Positions 14,963 through 15,377 of a stretch of 15,377 nt of DNA are shown here, one piece after another; position 1 is the first letter of the stretch, and every line of letters begins with the position of its first letter. A program made the translations under genes and the position numbers. Source of the stretch: Microcoleaceae cyanobacterium. Lineage in GTDB: Bacteria > Cyanobacteriota > Cyanobacteriia > Cyanobacteriales > Microcoleaceae. The notes below the pieces were generated by a model. It was not told the DNA's origin and ran no database searches. It saw only the letters and a program-made list of their open reading frames with translations. The stretch is from contig JBOFUV010000093.1 of assembly GCA_051652765.1 (NCBI GenBank), forward strand, positions 1-15,377. Reading direction: 5' to 3'.

Positions 14963-15377
14963 ATGGATTTTTCTAGCGTTGCTGCCCAGTTGAATGCCGG
15001 GACAATTTTGCCAGAAGGAATTGTCATCATCACTTTGTTGGTGGTTTTGGTGGGAGATTTGATTGTGGGGCGCACAGCTTCTGCCCGATGGACACCCTAT
15101 GCGGCGATCGCCGGGTTGCTAATGGCGATGGTGGCCCTTTACTTTCAGTGGGATCGTCCTAATACGCTTGCTTTTTTAGGGAGTTTCGATGGAGATGCCC
15201 TGAGTGTGGTATTTCGGGGCATCATTGCACTCTCAGCGGTGACGACAATTCTGATGTCGGTTCGCTATGTTGAACAGACCGGAACCTCCTTGGCAGAGTA
15301 CCTGGGAATTTTGTTGACCGCAACCTTGGGAGCAATGTTCTTGTCCGGAGCGGATGAACTTGCGATGATCTTCATTT
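14963..15377 (+). CDS. ndhB: NAD(P)H-quinone oxidoreductase (NDH-1) subunit 2/N, 5' partial
   Basis: Not in the ORF track because it runs off the window. It reads MDFSSVAAQLNAGTILPEGIVIITLLVVLVGDLIVGR...SVRYVEQTGTSLAEYLGILLTATLGAMFLSGADELAMIF, typical of cyanobacterial NdhB. Confidence 0.95.
   Translation, partial: MDFSSVAAQLNAGTILPEGIVIITLLVVLVGDLIVGRTASARWTPYAAIAGLLMAMVALYFQWDRPNTLAFLGSFDGDALSVVFRGIIALSAVTTILMSVRYVEQTGTSLAEYLGILLTATLGAMFLSGADELAMIFI

Larger units (their letters stand above)
694..15111. repeat. HIP1 octamer GCGATCGC, 10 dispersed copies
   Basis: Copies start at 694, 6303, 7291, 7699, 7801, 11824, 12093, 12811, 14093 and 15104 (counted by eye). This over-representation is characteristic of cyanobacteria. 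Confidence 0.9.

Overview
Cyanobacterial chromosomal window, identified by 10 HIP1 GCGATCGC octamers and photosynthesis genes. Gene order: Uma2/DUF820 nuclease (-), a 1340-aa RTX/type-I-secreted adhesin-like protein (+), the divinyl chlorophyllide reductase bciB/cvrA (-), a membrane Ser/Thr kinase with about 11 TPRs (-), plsY (+), a second Uma2 nuclease (-), a short frameshifted HsdS (type I R-M) remnant (-), a protein-arginine deiminase (PAD)-family protein with a likely signal peptide (+), psb32 (-) and the 5' part of ndhB (+). The most notable observation is the PAD homologue: its ORF is intact, but the catalytic Cys is Thr and the catalytic Asp is Glu, suggesting an exported pseudo-enzyme. 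Also notable are a perfect 5x15-bp in-frame expansion in plsY, a 100-bp MITE-like element with a nested palindrome, palindromic repeats flanking a Uma2 gene, and many short tandem duplications. No CRISPR array, tRNA or rRNA was seen. Family calls come from motif recognition by eye; no searches were run.
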